DNA of 62,529 nt, filler included, from Moniliella sp. 'wahieum' (GCA_003971905.1; 4 parts of 4 records of this genome joined end to end with filler, not necessarily neighbours in it), one strand, 5' to 3'. Positions 1 through 13,502 are shown, numbered from the whole stretch's first letter. Made by a program: numbers and translations. Notes: a model not told the origin generated them from the letters alone.

Positions 1-3000
1 AAGATGGTGCGGCGGCCGTGGTGAGTTACTTTCCGTTCTTCTTCTGGTTCTTCGTCGTTTGCCACATCTCTTCTCTTCTTCTTCTTCTCTTCGGCCAAGA
101 ATACTTCTTCTTCTTCTTCTTCTTCTTCCCCGTCGCCGCCTAAATCGGCGTGGACGTGGGAGAAGTGCGACGAGCCTGCCCATGCGTCTCCTGGTACACT
201 TTTGGCCCGAGCTGAGCTACCAACTCATCACGTCGTTCGTACAAGGTCTCGCGTCGATCGCAGCGCCTTTGGGGACACGTACATTCTCGCCTTTATCAAG
301 CTTCGTACCGCAAGTCCACGATCCCACCTACTCACCTGATAAGGACGGGGAAGTGTACTTGCACTGGTCTGCTCTATGCGGCTCTGATGTTTGTAGGCTC
401 CTTGACATTCTCCATCTTGGCCTCCCAAGCGCTCATGACAGGCCGTAAAATTTGCTGCCAAATTCGCGCTAATCCTCATCACGGAAATTATGACCAAGGC
501 TCTGCGTCCGTCTGCGCTCGGCGGCGCCGCTCCGCCCCACCCCCGCTACGCTTCTACGGACGATACGACGCCCACTGAGGGGGAGGGGAGCAAGCCGATC
601 CCGCGCCTACCGACGGTACCACTCCCACTGGCGCTGAGACCGACGGACCTCACTGGACGTGCGACCGATGGCCAAGTAGTCAACCTAATCAGTGGACGTA
701 TTCAAAGTATCGGAAGTATGTGCGTACTTGCACTTCATTTTCCCGCAGGCGCCGACGGAGGTGGTACTTTCGCTGTACTTTTTGATTCGGTTGATTGGTT
801 GGTCGGCTCGTCGGGCTGATGACGGTCGTCGTCATGATGCCACTCGAATTTTACTTGTCGGCCTGGTTCTTGGATGCTCAGAAGGACTGTTGGCTGTCAC
901 GGATCAACGTCTCGACTTGACTGAAGTCTTGGCGGCTATGAAGACGGTTAAGTGTACGTCCAATCTTATTCCTCACCCCCTCCTAGCTGTCCTTTTCTCT
1001 TTCTTTTTCCCCTCTACCATATCATACCTACTAACCTTACCCATGCCACTCTGCCGCACCACCCCCCCCCCCCCCCCACCTCGACACAGTTTTCGCATGG
1101 GAATCCTCCTTCTCGCAACGGCTCAACCAAATCCGGAAAGTGGAACTCAAGTACTGCGTCGGAGAGTGGTACTGATGATGCTGCAGCTGGTCAGTTTCCG
1201 CGCCACACCCGTCCTAACTACCGTCATTGTATTTGCCGTTCACACCCAAGTCTTTGGCCAACCCTTGTCGGCCGAAGTCGCGTTTGCCTCGTTGGCTTAC
1301 TTTGCTGTACGTACTCTTCCTCTGGTCGGATCGGGTCTACTTTCTTTTCTTTTCTCTGTTTTGTCTTTTGTTTCTCTGGTTTCGCGTTGGGTGCCCCACC
1401 TTTCCCCTTCTGCTCTCCTCTCTGGTCCTTGGCTCTCCGGTCCGTGGGGAGACGAGGTGGGAAGGGGAGGAGGTGGGATGGGGGACGGCAGCGAGACGCG
1501 AAACGAGAAACGAAAGACGAGAGACGAGAGAGAACAACGAAGCAGTCCACTAACCCTTCCGAACCCTCTACTTTTTTGTTTTCGTTTTGTTTTGCTTTTT
1601 TTTCTTGCCTCACAGTTGCTCAAAGATGGCCTGGAAACCATTCCGAACCAACTGCCGTCAGTGTTGGGCGCGCTGGTGTCGGTGCGGCGGATCAACGAGT
1701 ACCTGGGCGAAGAAGAGACGACCAAGTACGACCAGCTCCTCTTCCCTGACGGCGCGGACAATGACAATGACATTGACTCCGACACGGACTTGGACGGCCT
1801 GGATCCCACCATGTCCCTGAGCGACCGCTTGGCCTTGCCCGGCCGTGCTGGTGCCGAGCGTCCCTATGTCGGCTTCCGCAACGCGAGCTTTACCTACTCG
1901 ACGGACGCTGCGGCCGCTTCGGATTCGAGTGTGTTCCAGCTGAAGGATTTGACGATCAGTTTCCCGCCCGGGCTGTCGATTGTGGTGGGTCCTGTGGGTT
2001 CGGGGAAATCGTCGTTACTCCTATCCTTGTTGGGTGAGACGCGTCGGCTAGCGGGACAAACGTACTTGCCTGCGCCGATTGCGCGAGCCTTGGTCCCGAT
2101 CGAAGCGGATGGGTTATCGGATACAGTGGCGTATGCGACGCAGACGCCCTGGTTGCTCGGCACGTCCGTTAAGGAGAACATTTTGTTTGGGCTGCCGTAC
2201 GATGCGGCGCGGTACAAGGCCGTGCTGCGTGCGTGCGCATTGGAGACCGATCTGAAGATTTTAGAGTACCACGACGAGACGGAGGTGGGCGAGAAGGGCA
2301 CAGCGTTATCGGGTGGACAAAAGGCTCGGATCGCTTTGGCTCGGTGCTTGTACTCGACCGCAAGGGTACTGTTGATTGACGATGCCTTGTCTGCCCTCGA
2401 CGCGTCCACGAGCGAATACATTTACCCCACTACCTGCGTGGTCCGCTCGTGCAAGGCCGTACGATCGTCATGGTTACGCACGCTGTCGCGCTCACCCCTC
2501 CCGGGCGCCGCTCTCGTCGTGGCCCTGGAAGCGGGCAAGGTGGTGACGCAAGGCACGCCCGACGAAGTATTGGCCTCGGGCCTGTTCCGCTCAGAGATCC
2601 AGCAGCTGGTCAAGGAAGATGTGCAGCACCTGAACCAGTTCCCACCGACGATTGAAGAGCTGGACGAAGGTCAGCGGCGACAAGAAGCAGCGGAACTCAA
2701 GAAAAAGTTGGATAAGAAAGCCCAGTTTCAACAGGACGAAACGATTGCCAAAGGTGCCGTGTCGATGCGATCGTACTGGCTTTACTTTGCCAACTTTGGT
2801 AGTCACCCGACACTGGTAGCTCTCTTGTGGGGAACCGTGTTTGTCCTCTACTTTGCCGCTCAGGGCGCTAACATTGCCGCTACGGCCTGGTTGAAAAAGT
2901 GGGCGTCGCGCGACGACTTGGCCCAACAGACTCCCGCTTCGTCCTCGCTTCCGCATCCGCATCCGCAGCCACAGTCAACCCAATGATGAACTTTTTCGTT

Positions 3001-4950
3001 GCGCGCCTTGGACCCCGTTGCTGGGGGCTTCCACCTCGGGCGTCTACCCTGCGCCAGCGGTGGCCCTGACACCGACCAACATGGCGACCAACATGGCCAC
3101 GACGATGACGACCAACATGACGACGACCATGGCAACGTCTTCTTCCTGGGCTGGAGCCGGATGGACGAGTCGACGCGGTACCTGGTGGTGTACGCGGGGC
3201 TATCGTTGCTGTACATTGTGCTGGACGGAGTGAAGCAGTTGGTCGCGCTGTCTGGGTCGGTGGTGGCGTCTGGGCGGATTTACCGGCGTCTGTTGCAGGC
3301 GATTCTGGATGCGACACCAGGCTTTCTTTGACCGTACGCCTGTGGGACGGATTATGAACCGGATGAGCAAGGATTTGGAAGGTGTGGACCAAGACTGTGC
3401 GGCAGACCTGATGTTTTTGGCCGACATGGTGATCCAGACGATGGCCATCCTGGCCATTGTCGCTTGGGGCGTGCCGTCGTTTGCCGGACTGACGATCTTT
3501 GTCTTCCTGGGGTACGGGTGGATTGGCGCACTGTACCTGACCAGTTCGCGCGACCTTAAGCGACTGGAATCGGTCCAACGTTCGCCCATCTACACCCTCA
3601 TTGGCGAAATCTTATCGGGCAACGTGTTGATTCGAGCGTATGGCGATGCAGGCCGGTTCACACGCCACTGTATTCGGCTTATTGACCGTGCCAATCGACC
3701 ATTTTACGCACTCTGGCTCGCCAATCGTTGGTTACAACTACGCGTCGACGCTTTGGCCGCCTTTATCACGCTCGTCCTCTCCATCTACCTCATTCTCGCT
3801 GACGACATGGACGCCGCCTGGCCGGGTTCATCCTTTCCTACGCCATCATGCTGGTCAACTGCGTGCTGTGGGTAGTACGTGTGTACTCAATGTGCGAGAT
3901 CAACTTATCGTCGCTGGAGCGGATCGACGAGTACCTCGACCTACCTTCGGAGCGGTTGCAGGGTACCGAGCCACCGGCTTACTGGCCTAGCGATAAGGGC
4001 GACATTGTGATTGACCACCTGGGTGCGCGGTACAGCCCCGAGTTCCCACCCGTCTTGTCCGACGTTAGTCTCACCATCAAGGCCGGGGAAAAGTGGGCAT
4101 TTGCGGGCGCACAGGTTCGGGCAAATCGTCCCTCCTGCTCACTCTCTTCCGGTTCCTCGAGGCGGAACAAGGTCGGATCCTAATTGACGGGTGGACATTG
4201 CGCAAGTGCCCTTGGCTACCCTGCGCAAACGTCTCACCATCATCCCGCAACAAGCCGATATCTTCCAAGGCACCGTTCGGTCCAATTTGGATCCCTTTAA
4301 CGAGTATGACGATCTCGAGCTCTGGAACGCACTGGAACGCTGTCGCCTCGTCAGCCACGCCGAAGTGGTCGCTGCCACGTCGTCGCCTGCGTCTGTTGCC
4401 GCGGCCGCCCAGGCCGAACCTGAGACCGAGGCTCTCACTGCCACCGACCAAGATGGGGCGGACGACAGCGAAGCTGGGGCGTAGTGACGATTCGGAGTTT
4501 GGACATGGCGTGCAGCAGGGCGGGACGAACTTTTCGCAGGGCCAACGGCAACTGCTTGCTTTGACACGAGGGTTGCTCAAGTTACGTGACTCGCGTATCC
4601 TTATCCTGGACGAGAGCACAGCAAGTTTGGACGCTGAGACGGATGCGCAGTTGCAAGAGACGATTCGTACCGAGTTAGGCGGCGCAACACTCTTGACTGT
4701 CGCCCACCGTCTTCGCACCATTGCGGATTACTCCAAGGTGCTCGTACTGGATAAGGGCAAGGTGGTCGAGTACGCGTCACCGTATGCGCTGTTGCAAGAT
4801 CCTACATCGTCGTTTTACGACTTGGCTCAGCGTAGTGGCGAGTTTGATCATCTCTTCCGTTTGGCACAGGCTGCTCATGATCCGCCTGCTCACGCTACCG
4901 CCATCACGGCTGTCCCTGACTCCAAGCCCACCCCGTCCCCCGATGCTTAA
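1..4950 (+). CDS. ABCC/MRP-family ABC transporter (YBT1/Abc4-like), 5' end probably outside window; split by intron and indels
   Basis: TMD1 (GQVVNLIS-DVFKVSE), NBD1 Walker A GPVGSGKSS, signature LSGGQKARIALAR, Walker B LLIDD; TMD2 FFDRTPVGRIMNRMSKD and SSRDLKRLESVQRSPIY; NBD2 GRTGSGKSS, NFSQGQRQL, LILDESTAS, TVAHRLRTI. Intron ~1308-1615 (GTACGT..CTAAC..CAG). Several frame changes. Confidence 0.93.
36..130 (+). repeat. (TTC)n microsatellite
   Basis: Interrupted runs of ttcttcttc, probably intronic (GTGAGT at 21). Confidence 0.7.
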
Positions 4951-5264
4951 ACCATCCTCTCCCTACTATGCTGACCCAACCCCTCCGATCCCCTTCTCCA
5001 TCTCCGTCCCCATATCGATCTGGTTTCCTTTCCTTTCCTTGCTTTCCTTTCCCTTCCTTGCTTTCCTTTTCTTTCTTTTCTTTTCCTCTCTTTTCCGTTC
5101 TGTTCCCTTTCCTTTCTTCAATCCCATGCAAATGCACTTTTTGCTTGTGTCTGTGCCCTTTCGCTCGCCCAGCGGCTGGGAACGAACGGCACGGCGCCGT
5201 CGGTCTGTCTGTAGCTTGCGGGTCCGTCACGGGTAGTGGGTTCGGTCCGATTTAGAATTAGAAT

Positions 5265-5511
5265 TGTAGCGACGCGTGAAGGCTCTGACCTGGAGACACC
5301 TAGTCTCCAAACCAGAGACGATCAGCGAGTAGTAATCAAGTAACGACGTGAGCGAGAAGGGGAAGGGGGAAGGAGAGGTGGTGGCGAAGAGGACAGAGCA
5401 AGCAGTGGAACAGGAATGTACATGTGGCCTGCTGGCCTGCGCGCGGCAACTCTAGCGTCTAGCTTTCACATCTACGAATCAGGCAAGGCACCGGTGGGTG
5501 ACGTGGCAACA
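5265..5511. mobile_element. Solo LTR, family A, copy 1
   Basis: TG...CA termini (TGTAGC / GCAACA) flanked by 4-bp direct repeat GAAT (5261-5264, 5512-5515); near-identical reverse-complement copy at 35166-35374. Confidence 0.85.
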
Positions 5512-5716
5512 GAATCTATCGAGAAATGCATCTTCCATCTTCCCTCTTCCCTTCCCCCTTCGCTTCCGCGCCGCTTCGCATCATTGCTATAGACGGGATC
5601 ATGAGCCAGCACGGCTACGTAGCGTACCGACACTTGCGCGTACCGACACTTGTTGGGGTGCAATGGCAGATTCTTCGATTGCAGTGGGGTTAGTTCCCGG
5701 GGGTTTTACGTTTAGG

Positions 5717-6780
5717 CTAGCACGTGTCGAGCAACGACTTGGTCACCAGCTCATACACGATCCGTCGTCGTAGGTACGGCATGGTGGCCCCCGTAAAGTT
5801 GAACTCGTCCTCGTCCTCCTCGTCGTCGTCGTCGTGGTTATCTTGCCCGTGCGTCGAGTCGGTCCACGAGAGCGGCTGGTCCGGGGGCGTGGCGCACCCT
5901 GTGCCCGTGCCAAATGGCGGGGGGAAGGGCTCGAAGGGATCGCGTCGGCTGAGCTGCTCGAGCGTGGCAATGGCAAACACGCCACAGTCGTACCCGTTGC
6001 GCTGGGAGGGGAAGTGAGGCGGGACATGGTTGCGCCAACCGAGTGCGTCGAGGTCGAGTTGCGGGCCACCACGTTTGGCCTGGTGCTCGGCAACGAGCCA
6101 GGCGCGCACGTGGTGGAAAAACGCAGGGTTGGGCGCATGCATCGAGTCGTAGTACTCGATCCGTCGTCGACGCATGTCCACACACCCTGCTACCCAGTGC
6201 GCATTGCCCAGGTTGACTGGGAACAGTACCTTGTCCAGCGCAAACACGTCCACCCTTCGCGTCCAGCGCGCGACGGCCGACGGGCCCTGCTGCGCAATCT
6301 TGGCATAGAAAAACGACGAAAAGACGTGCACGGTCCAGTACGCTCGCAGTGTGTACGGCACCTTGGCTGCTTCGCCACGCGCAGGCTGGGACGCCTTGGC
6401 CTTGGCTGCCTCGGTACGCAGCGTCTGCGCCTTAGTCGCGCGCTGCGCAATCAGCACGCCGTAAAAGTTAATCGACTCGTCGTTCAACCACTGTCCCGGG
6501 CGCAACTTGGCCACATCGTGCGCGGTCACCTGCGCACCGGGGATGCTGATCCGCAGCGTCTTGTCCGCCAACGCGGACGCGACGACAGCCTCGTGTGCAG
6601 GCTCCAGCTGTGCTGGGAACGGCGGTCGACCCAGCACGCCCCGTAACCGTTTTTTTCCGTGCCGCACGCTCGGAACGCAGCCGCGCATATTCTTTCGCCT
6701 TGCCCGCACTCGGCCCCACTGACGACACGGCGTCCCGCTCCCGCTGCAAAAAGTACTCGGCCGCACGGTGTTGGTAGTAC
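5717..6780 (-). CDS. ULP1: Ulp1/SENP-type SUMO protease, C48 catalytic domain (terminal exon)
   Basis: LRPGQWLNDESINFY, HVFSSFFYAK, RWTRRVDVF, FPVNLGNAHW (catalytic His), IEYYDSM (Asp), QRNGYDCGVF (Gln/Cys); stop at 5717. Confidence 0.92.
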
Positions 6781-6896
6781 TGCCCTCACCAAACCAAACA
6801 AAACAATAACACAAGCCAACAAACCCAGCCGTCATTAGACACCCACACACACCGAGAGAGAGACAGAGCAAGTGGGACAGAGGGGGGGAAACGTAC

Positions 6897-9800
6897 CTCG
6901 TCCGTTCGCGCCGGAGCGCGGGGAAATGCTGCGGCTGGGGGGGCAAGTAGGCCGCTGGGTGTGGCTTCGTCGATGGTGCGCAAGACACGCGCACGTTTGA
7001 GGATGGCATCGAGGGTAGAACGGTGAGCGCGCGCGTCCCAGTGCCGCTGCGGCTGGAGCGTACGTAGCAGCTGCACCACCTGCGCCAACTTGGGGTTACG
7101 CCGTACCGCGTCGGTGGTACGTGGGCGCAGCGCCTGTCCATCCATCCATCCATCCATCCATCCATCCATCGATTCACCAATCCATCCATGCATCCATCCA
7201 TCCGTCGGTCAGTTCGTCGGCGTTCGGGTTTTCGGGTTGCGTCGAGCAAAACGAGCAAAAGAGCAAGCAGACAAGAGACGTACAGAAGGGAGCGACAACA
7301 TCGCGTCGGACCGGCGTGCATGATGAGCGGGAGAAGTAGCGTGACGAGAATAGGCGCTGTGGCGGACCAGCGTCGGCGCACGGAAGGGCACTTTGCGTGG
7401 ACCTCCATTGGCCACCATGGAAGCAGCACGGGGCGGCGGCGCGACGGGCTCGGACCTCGGTTCGTTGGGGGCTGTCCAACCCAAACCCACCGACGAGAAC
7501 CCATTCGCCGGCGCCGTCCAAGTCGCACTCGCATTCGCATTCAAACTGGCAGTCCCATTCGTATTGCTCGTCGTCATCGTTGGCGCCGTTCTGGGGGGGT
7601 GCGGGACGGCAGGCAAAAAGGAGGTGGGGGGACGATGCAAGGCTCTGGCACCAATTGCCGCCACGCGCGCTCTGGCAGATACGGACGCTGGTTGGCGTGC
7701 GACCGCACGCGCCAAAGGTGCCGGACGAAGGTGCGGGCGCAACGGCGGTGGGGCACCAGGGGCGGTGCGGGCGCAACAGGGCGCAACAGCACCGATCGGC
7801 GCCACGTCCAGTTTTCTTCTTCGGGGTCGCGTTCGCGTTCGGGGTCGGGCTGGAGATTGGGTGTGTCAGAGCGATCCACCTCAATCTCCATCTCCTCATG
7901 CTCCTCCTCTGCCTCGTTTTCGTCCTCGTCCATCGCTTCGTCGATGGATGGGTCTGGGTCTTGGGAGGACGTGCTAGCGACCGACGAACGCGAATGGGAC
8001 GGTCCGTCTTCGTCTTGGTCGTGCGTTTCGGACGCGTCGTCCGACGAGAGGAAAATGACCGAAACGTCATGCTCACGGCCCCGTTGCTTGACCTCCTCGT
8101 TTTGGGCTTCCTCCTCCTCTTCTTCTTCTCTCTCCTCCTCACCTTCATCATCATCATCATCTTCTTCTTCTTCTTCTTCTTCCTCCTCATCTTCGTCTCC
8201 GTCCTCCTCGCTTTCGGCCGGACGCAAGAAGGCAGCATACTCTCCCTCCTCGGATCCATCGGGCACATCCTTCTCAGCTTGGTCGGAACGGACAAACGCA
8301 TCGGTGCCGTCATACCCATCCGCCCCATTTGGTGCTTCCGACCCATCATCTGATCCATCCGACCCATCCGACTCATCAGACGAGACACCTGCCTCGCTCG
8401 TGGCAGCCTGAGCGCCATTCGCCGACCGATCGAGGGGTAGCAATGCACCCGCACCCACACCCGCAGCACCCAGCTCACTGCTCTCCTGCCCACCACGTAC
8501 ATGCGCCGCACCGGGTCCCTGCTCACGTGCCTCTGCCCGGTCGGCATCGGTCGCGTCCCCACTGGGCCCATTCGCACCGGGCCCGTTCGCATCGGACACG
8601 TTGGCATCACCCTCGTGCGCATCGGGCCCGTCCAAAGCGAGACGAAGTGTACCGGGACTGTGTGTTCCATCGTGCTTCCGTAGCTTCATACCTGCCTCTC
8701 CCTCTCCCTCTGCCTCCACCTCGCCCTCTGGCTCTCCCTCCGCCTCGCCCTCCCTCCCTCCCTCCTCCCTCGCCTCGCGCCAGCAGGAACGGGAGACAGA
8801 AGAAGGGCGCACGTGCGGCGCCTGCTCCATCGCGATCTCGGCCGAGGCTGAATCGGCCGTGGAATGCGCGGGTGGTACGGGACGCGTGGCGTCGTCGGCG
8901 TCGGCGTCGGCACGGGGCAGGGGTAGAGTAGCAGCGGCATAGAAGTGGGAAGGGGGATTGGGATCAGGATGGGGATTGGGATCAGGATGGGGATGGGGAT
9001 CGGAAGGCGCGGGGGCGGTGTGTGGTCCAGTGCGGAGCAGGACCGGCGGGTTCGGGGGACATCGTAGGTGAAAGGTGGGGCACAGACGATGGTTCGGCCG
9101 TAGGAGCCTCGTGGGGTTGGTGTACAACAGGACCAGGCGCTTCCACCTCGTTGCGACCTTCAGTTTGCTCCTGTTCAGCTTCAGGCGCAAGTTGAGGTGC
9201 ATGGGCAAAGTCAGGTTGAGGTGCAGGTTCAGGTTCAGGTTCAGGTTCCGGTCTGAGCTCGAGTTCAAGGTCGGGGTTGGGATGGGTCTGCGGCTGCAGC
9301 TCCGCAGCGGCGGAGGGAAGGGGGGCAGCTGGCTCGTGCGGGAGCAGCGGATGATGGGGTGGAGTCGAGCAAGGGGGGGTCGGCAGACGCTGCCTCGGGT
9401 CCGGCACCCGGGTCAAGAGCACCTGCTTTTCCTCCTCTTTCTCCTTCCCTTCCTCCTTCCCTTCCTCCTCCTCTGCCTTCTCCTCCACCACGATGTTGGA
9501 TTGGGACTCGAGATCAGGTGGGGGATGGAGCTCAGAGTGCTGACCCTCACTAGCCTTCTGCTCCGATCCCAATGCAACCGACGATTGCCTCAATCGATCG
9601 GCCTCAGGCTTGGACTCAGAGTTGGGCTCGCCATTGGGCTCAGAATGGGCTCCGCTCTGGACTCCGCTTTGGACTCTGCTTTGGGCTCGTCATTGGGTTC
9701 GTCATTGGGCTCGGGAATGGGCTCGGGAATGGGCTCCGCTTCGGGCTGCGTTTCGAGCTCGGAAATGGGCTGCACATTATCCTTGGGCCCGTGTCGCGTG

Positions 9801-10517
9801 GGGGCGAAGGCTGGACAGAGGCAGCATAGGCAACAAGGCCAAAAACGCTTCTACTTCCTTTCGCTCCGTCTCATCGTCGTCCTGGGCAGACGGGGACGCA
9901 TCCTTCGTCCGCTTGACCGCGCCATCGGCCAAGTGGTCCGGCGAGCGACGACGCTCTTTCCCCTTGCGACGTGTCGGACGCGGCGTTGCGGCTCTTGGTT
10001 CGTCCCCTTCTGAATGGGACGGCGGCAGGCTAGGCTGCGCGCTCCCCTCGTTTGCGTGGTGCCCAGGCGACGGCGGTGGCGGGGTCAGGTCCGAGTCGGT
10101 GTCGGTGTTGGTGTTGGTGTCGGACACGGCGTCGGCATGCGAGTCCGATGCAGACGCAGAAGCAGACGCAGAGGGAGGTGCGGGGGTGGATAGAGAGGCA
10201 GCCACATGGGGAGGGAGTGCGCCGGGGGAGGGAGGCCCGTGCCGGAAGCGCGTTGGGCATGGGCGGGAGGAGAGCATGCAGCGACGCGCTTTCGTCGGCG
10301 TCCAGCGCGTCGTGGGACACGTGGACAGACAGACGCGCGCGGCGCGTCGGCGGGGGAGGCAGCGCGGCGCCGGGGGGGGCGGGGCGCGTCGTTTGCGCGA
10401 CGGGGCGGCTGTCGTCGTTGCCGCTTCCGTGGCAGAGCTGGTGGTGGTCGTTGGTGCGGATGGCGATGGCGATGGCGATGGCGACGACGACGACGACGAC
10501 GACGACGGCGATGGCAT
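6897..10517 (-). CDS. Probable upstream exons / long low-complexity N-terminal region of the Ulp1-like protein
   Basis: Same strand, linked by apparent introns (~6780-6896; ~7134-7283) with GTACGT donors; overlapping long acidic and Pro/Glu-rich ORFs; candidate ATG at 10517. Confidence 0.5.
7139..7202 (+). repeat. (CATC)n microsatellite inside putative intron
   Basis: Interrupted ccatccatcc run. Confidence 0.8.
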
Positions 10518-11161
10518 CGCAACGATGGTGTTGGCGGCGCGAAGGCAGTGTCGGTGGGTCCCTCACTGGGAACCCACGCCAGCCGGATGACGTCAGCAGC
10601 ACCAACCGCAGGATGAAATTGCAAAAAAGCGTGTTCCGCCCCCTTCCGCCTGGAGGCTCCTACGATCTAAAGGGCCGACCACCTCGGATGTGTGCGGCCC
10701 CCCATCCGACGGGGAGAAAGAACAGGTGGCCAACAGCTGCCCCGAGCGCATGCTAAGAAATAGCGTTGCCTGAGGCCAACTCACGAAGGATCCACACCAC
10801 TCCGGCTGTGTTCGTCGGAATCACGCCAAGTCCCCGTCACACTTACACTCTTGCGCGCGTCTTCAAAAACGTCGGACTGTGGGGACAATAATCGCGAGTG
10901 GTCTAATACAACCAAGTACTGAACTTGGCAGTGGAAGGGAACAATTGGATCAGCCTCGTGCACGTCGAGTTGGCCCAAGAGCAGATGGTCATGCAGATTC
11001 TGCGAATACTTGACTGCTTTCCGCCCATGTCTCTTCGGCATCAGGTCAACTTGGTCTTCAACGTTTGAACACACAGTTGAGACTGATCCCGGATGTGTTC
11101 GAGACCCTGTTGCCCCATTTGACTATGCTCCCCTTCTTCTCTGCAGGACTGAGCTCGCATG

Positions 11162-12099
11162 TGTCACGGGCGGGCCCCGCCAGGGGGCTCACCCAGGTTC
11201 TTGGGGTACAATCCCTTAGGAGACGGAAGGACGACTCACGGTAGTTTCGGGCTTGGGCTGGTTGGTGTATCCGAGCGGAGCTAGGGACGAGAGAGGCCTT
11301 TGGTGGGGCGGTTGCACGTGTGGCAAGGCTGCGTCTGCACCGGCTTGGGCCGTAGTAACGTGTCTGAAGCCTCCGGGACTTAGGGACGGGAGGAGGCAGC
11401 GGCGGACAAACACTGCCTTAACTGGGACTGGGAATCGCCGCGACCGAAGGAGGGCTCGCGCGATTGGACTGACGAAGGGCTGGAGGACGAGGTCGGAGGA
11501 GATGTCGGACGCTAACAAGAGGAGCTGCCTGTACTGGATCAATTGGCTGGAAAACGGGGAGGAGTCGGACAGGATAGGCGGGAAAGGACGAAATGGAGGG
11601 TGAGGGAAAAGATCCCCCACCAACTACTGCAGGGGTACAGGCTAAATCAAAAGGGAAAACAGACACAAAAGGGTGTAGAAAGGAAGGCACGTCAAAAGGG
11701 GTTGATCGCCGCAGGCGCGATCGAGAAAGGAAAATAATTGGTGACGGGCGACGGACGTCGCAAAGATACTGAATACTTGGTGGTCTCGTTTCGACCACCG
11801 ACTTGGACTTGGGCGGGAGGCGACTGCTGTCGCGCGTACGCATGGCAACGCGGGCCACCGTACAGGGTGCAACCAACCATCGTCAAACTTGGTTGGGTTT
11901 GGGGGCGCGCTCCACTGGGCTGGTGCAGAGCAGGCGGGCCTTAGCTTGGATCACCATCGTGGATCCGGCGCGGCCCGTCCCATTACGCTCCCCTTCACAA
12001 GGCGTGTCCGCACGCCTTCCAGGTTGGGCTTCTCCTCCTCAACTCCATCAGGGGAGACTACATTGCCGATGGCGAACCTGGGGAACCGGGGTCGGGGCA
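11162..12099 (-). mobile_element. Putative 3' LTR of the chromoviral Gypsy element
   Basis: On the minus strand the purine tract AAGAGGAGTAG (overlapping the integrase stop) is followed directly by TGCCCCG; a candidate end ...CCCGTGACA at 11162 gives imperfect inverted termini. The left boundary is inferred. Confidence 0.55.
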
Positions 12100-13148
12100 C
12101 TACTCCTCTTGAAGGCGGGCCAAGGCCCGTTTGCGTGCTTGGGAGCAGTATTTCTCGGGGTGCTGGGTGTGGAACTCGATCACCACTGGAGCCTCATCCC
12201 CCATGTCGTTGGTGGGCACCCAATCGTTCTCTGACTCGGGGAAGCCGACGAAGGAGACCAGGTACTGGAACTGGCGACGGTAGCAACGGGAATCGAGGAT
12301 GCGTTTGACGAGCCAGTGTTCTTCGCCTCGCTCAACTTCGGGCGGTGGAGGTAAGGGCTCGTGTCGGGCTGGCACAGCATCGAAGCGGTACGGCTCGAGG
12401 GCAGAGATGTTAAGCACAGGATGGATCTTGATCGAAGGGGAAGATCAACCACATACGCCCCCTCATGTACCTTGGCCTTGATCTTAAATGGCCCCAAGTA
12501 CCTGCGCTTCAACGATCCACTCGGTCGAGTTGACGGCACCCGCTCCTGATCAACCAGGACCCAATCTCCCGCTTCCAGCTCCGGCGCCTCGCACCGTGAC
12601 CGATCGGCGCTACGCGCTTGGCCCGCTGGCGCGCCTGCTCCAAAGCTTCCTTGGCCGTCACAATCGCCTCGATCCGAGCCTCTTGATGTTCCTCCCCTGG
12701 CTCATTCTCTCGGACGGCCGCGACCGGGTCACCTGGTTTAAGCGGCTGGAACCCATGCATGATGTAGAACGGAGACAACCCTGTTGAAGCGGAGCGAGCG
12801 GTGTTGAGAGCGAAGGCGGCTGAGGGAAGGTACTCGACCCAATCGGACTGCAGATTGTTAACGAAATGGCGCAGATGAGTCTTAACCAGATCGACAAACC
12901 GCTCCGACTGCCCATCGGACTGAGGGTGTGCTGGGTGGTGGCCATGCTTTGGCGAATGCCATGCTTCTCGCAAAAGCCACGCACCTGGGACGAAGTGAAC
13001 AAGGTCCCTCTGTCGCTCACGATCTCGGTCGGCAGCCCATACACGTTGAACACCTTCCCCGTCAGCCGCTCAAGCAAACAACCCGCCGTGTCGCTGGAGC
13101 TGCACGGGATGAGCACCACCATCCCGATCCACCATCACACCAGCACCA
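12100..13148 (-). mobile_element. Ty3/Gypsy (chromovirus) integrase core plus chromodomain, frameshifted and 5'-truncated
   Basis: YGLPTEIVSDRGTLFTS, HPQSDGQSER, WVEYLPSAAFALN..S.STGLSPF, RYLGPFKI (GPY/F), chromodomain EEHWLVKRILDSR..QYLVSFVGFPESENDWVP. Confidence 0.93.
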
Positions 13149-13502
13149 TGTTCGGGCGGCATCGACGATTCCCACGTGAGCCTCATCTTCCATCGCGGTA
13201 TATACTGACTGGTGATGCTGTGGTGACTCTGTGGCAGATCGGACGGGATGCGGAGAGGTCACGGTTCTATGGTTGTGGATGGTGGTAGCGGTAGAGTATA
13301 TAAGGGGCATGCATTGGACTGGGGGGGGGGGTGGGGAGAGAAGTTCCGTACGGAGGTTACAGGGGGTATCGACCACTACTCCGGCGAGTGGCCGGAAGGC
13401 GCGCTGCCCAGGTGGCCTGCGAGTTAGTTAATAGTATATTCACAAGTCAGCATCTGCAGGAGTCAGTATATGTCCCAGTCGGAAGAAGGTCAGTGTCCAG
13501 CA
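13149..13502. mobile_element. LTR-like repeat, family B, copy 1 (abuts the truncated integrase)
   Basis: TG...CA ends; diverged reverse-complement copy at 34511-34874; no clear TSD. Confidence 0.7.

Noticed and set aside
7174..10756. Many long overlapping ORFs on both strands as separate genes
   Set aside because: Shadow ORFs caused by high GC and low-complexity coding sequence.
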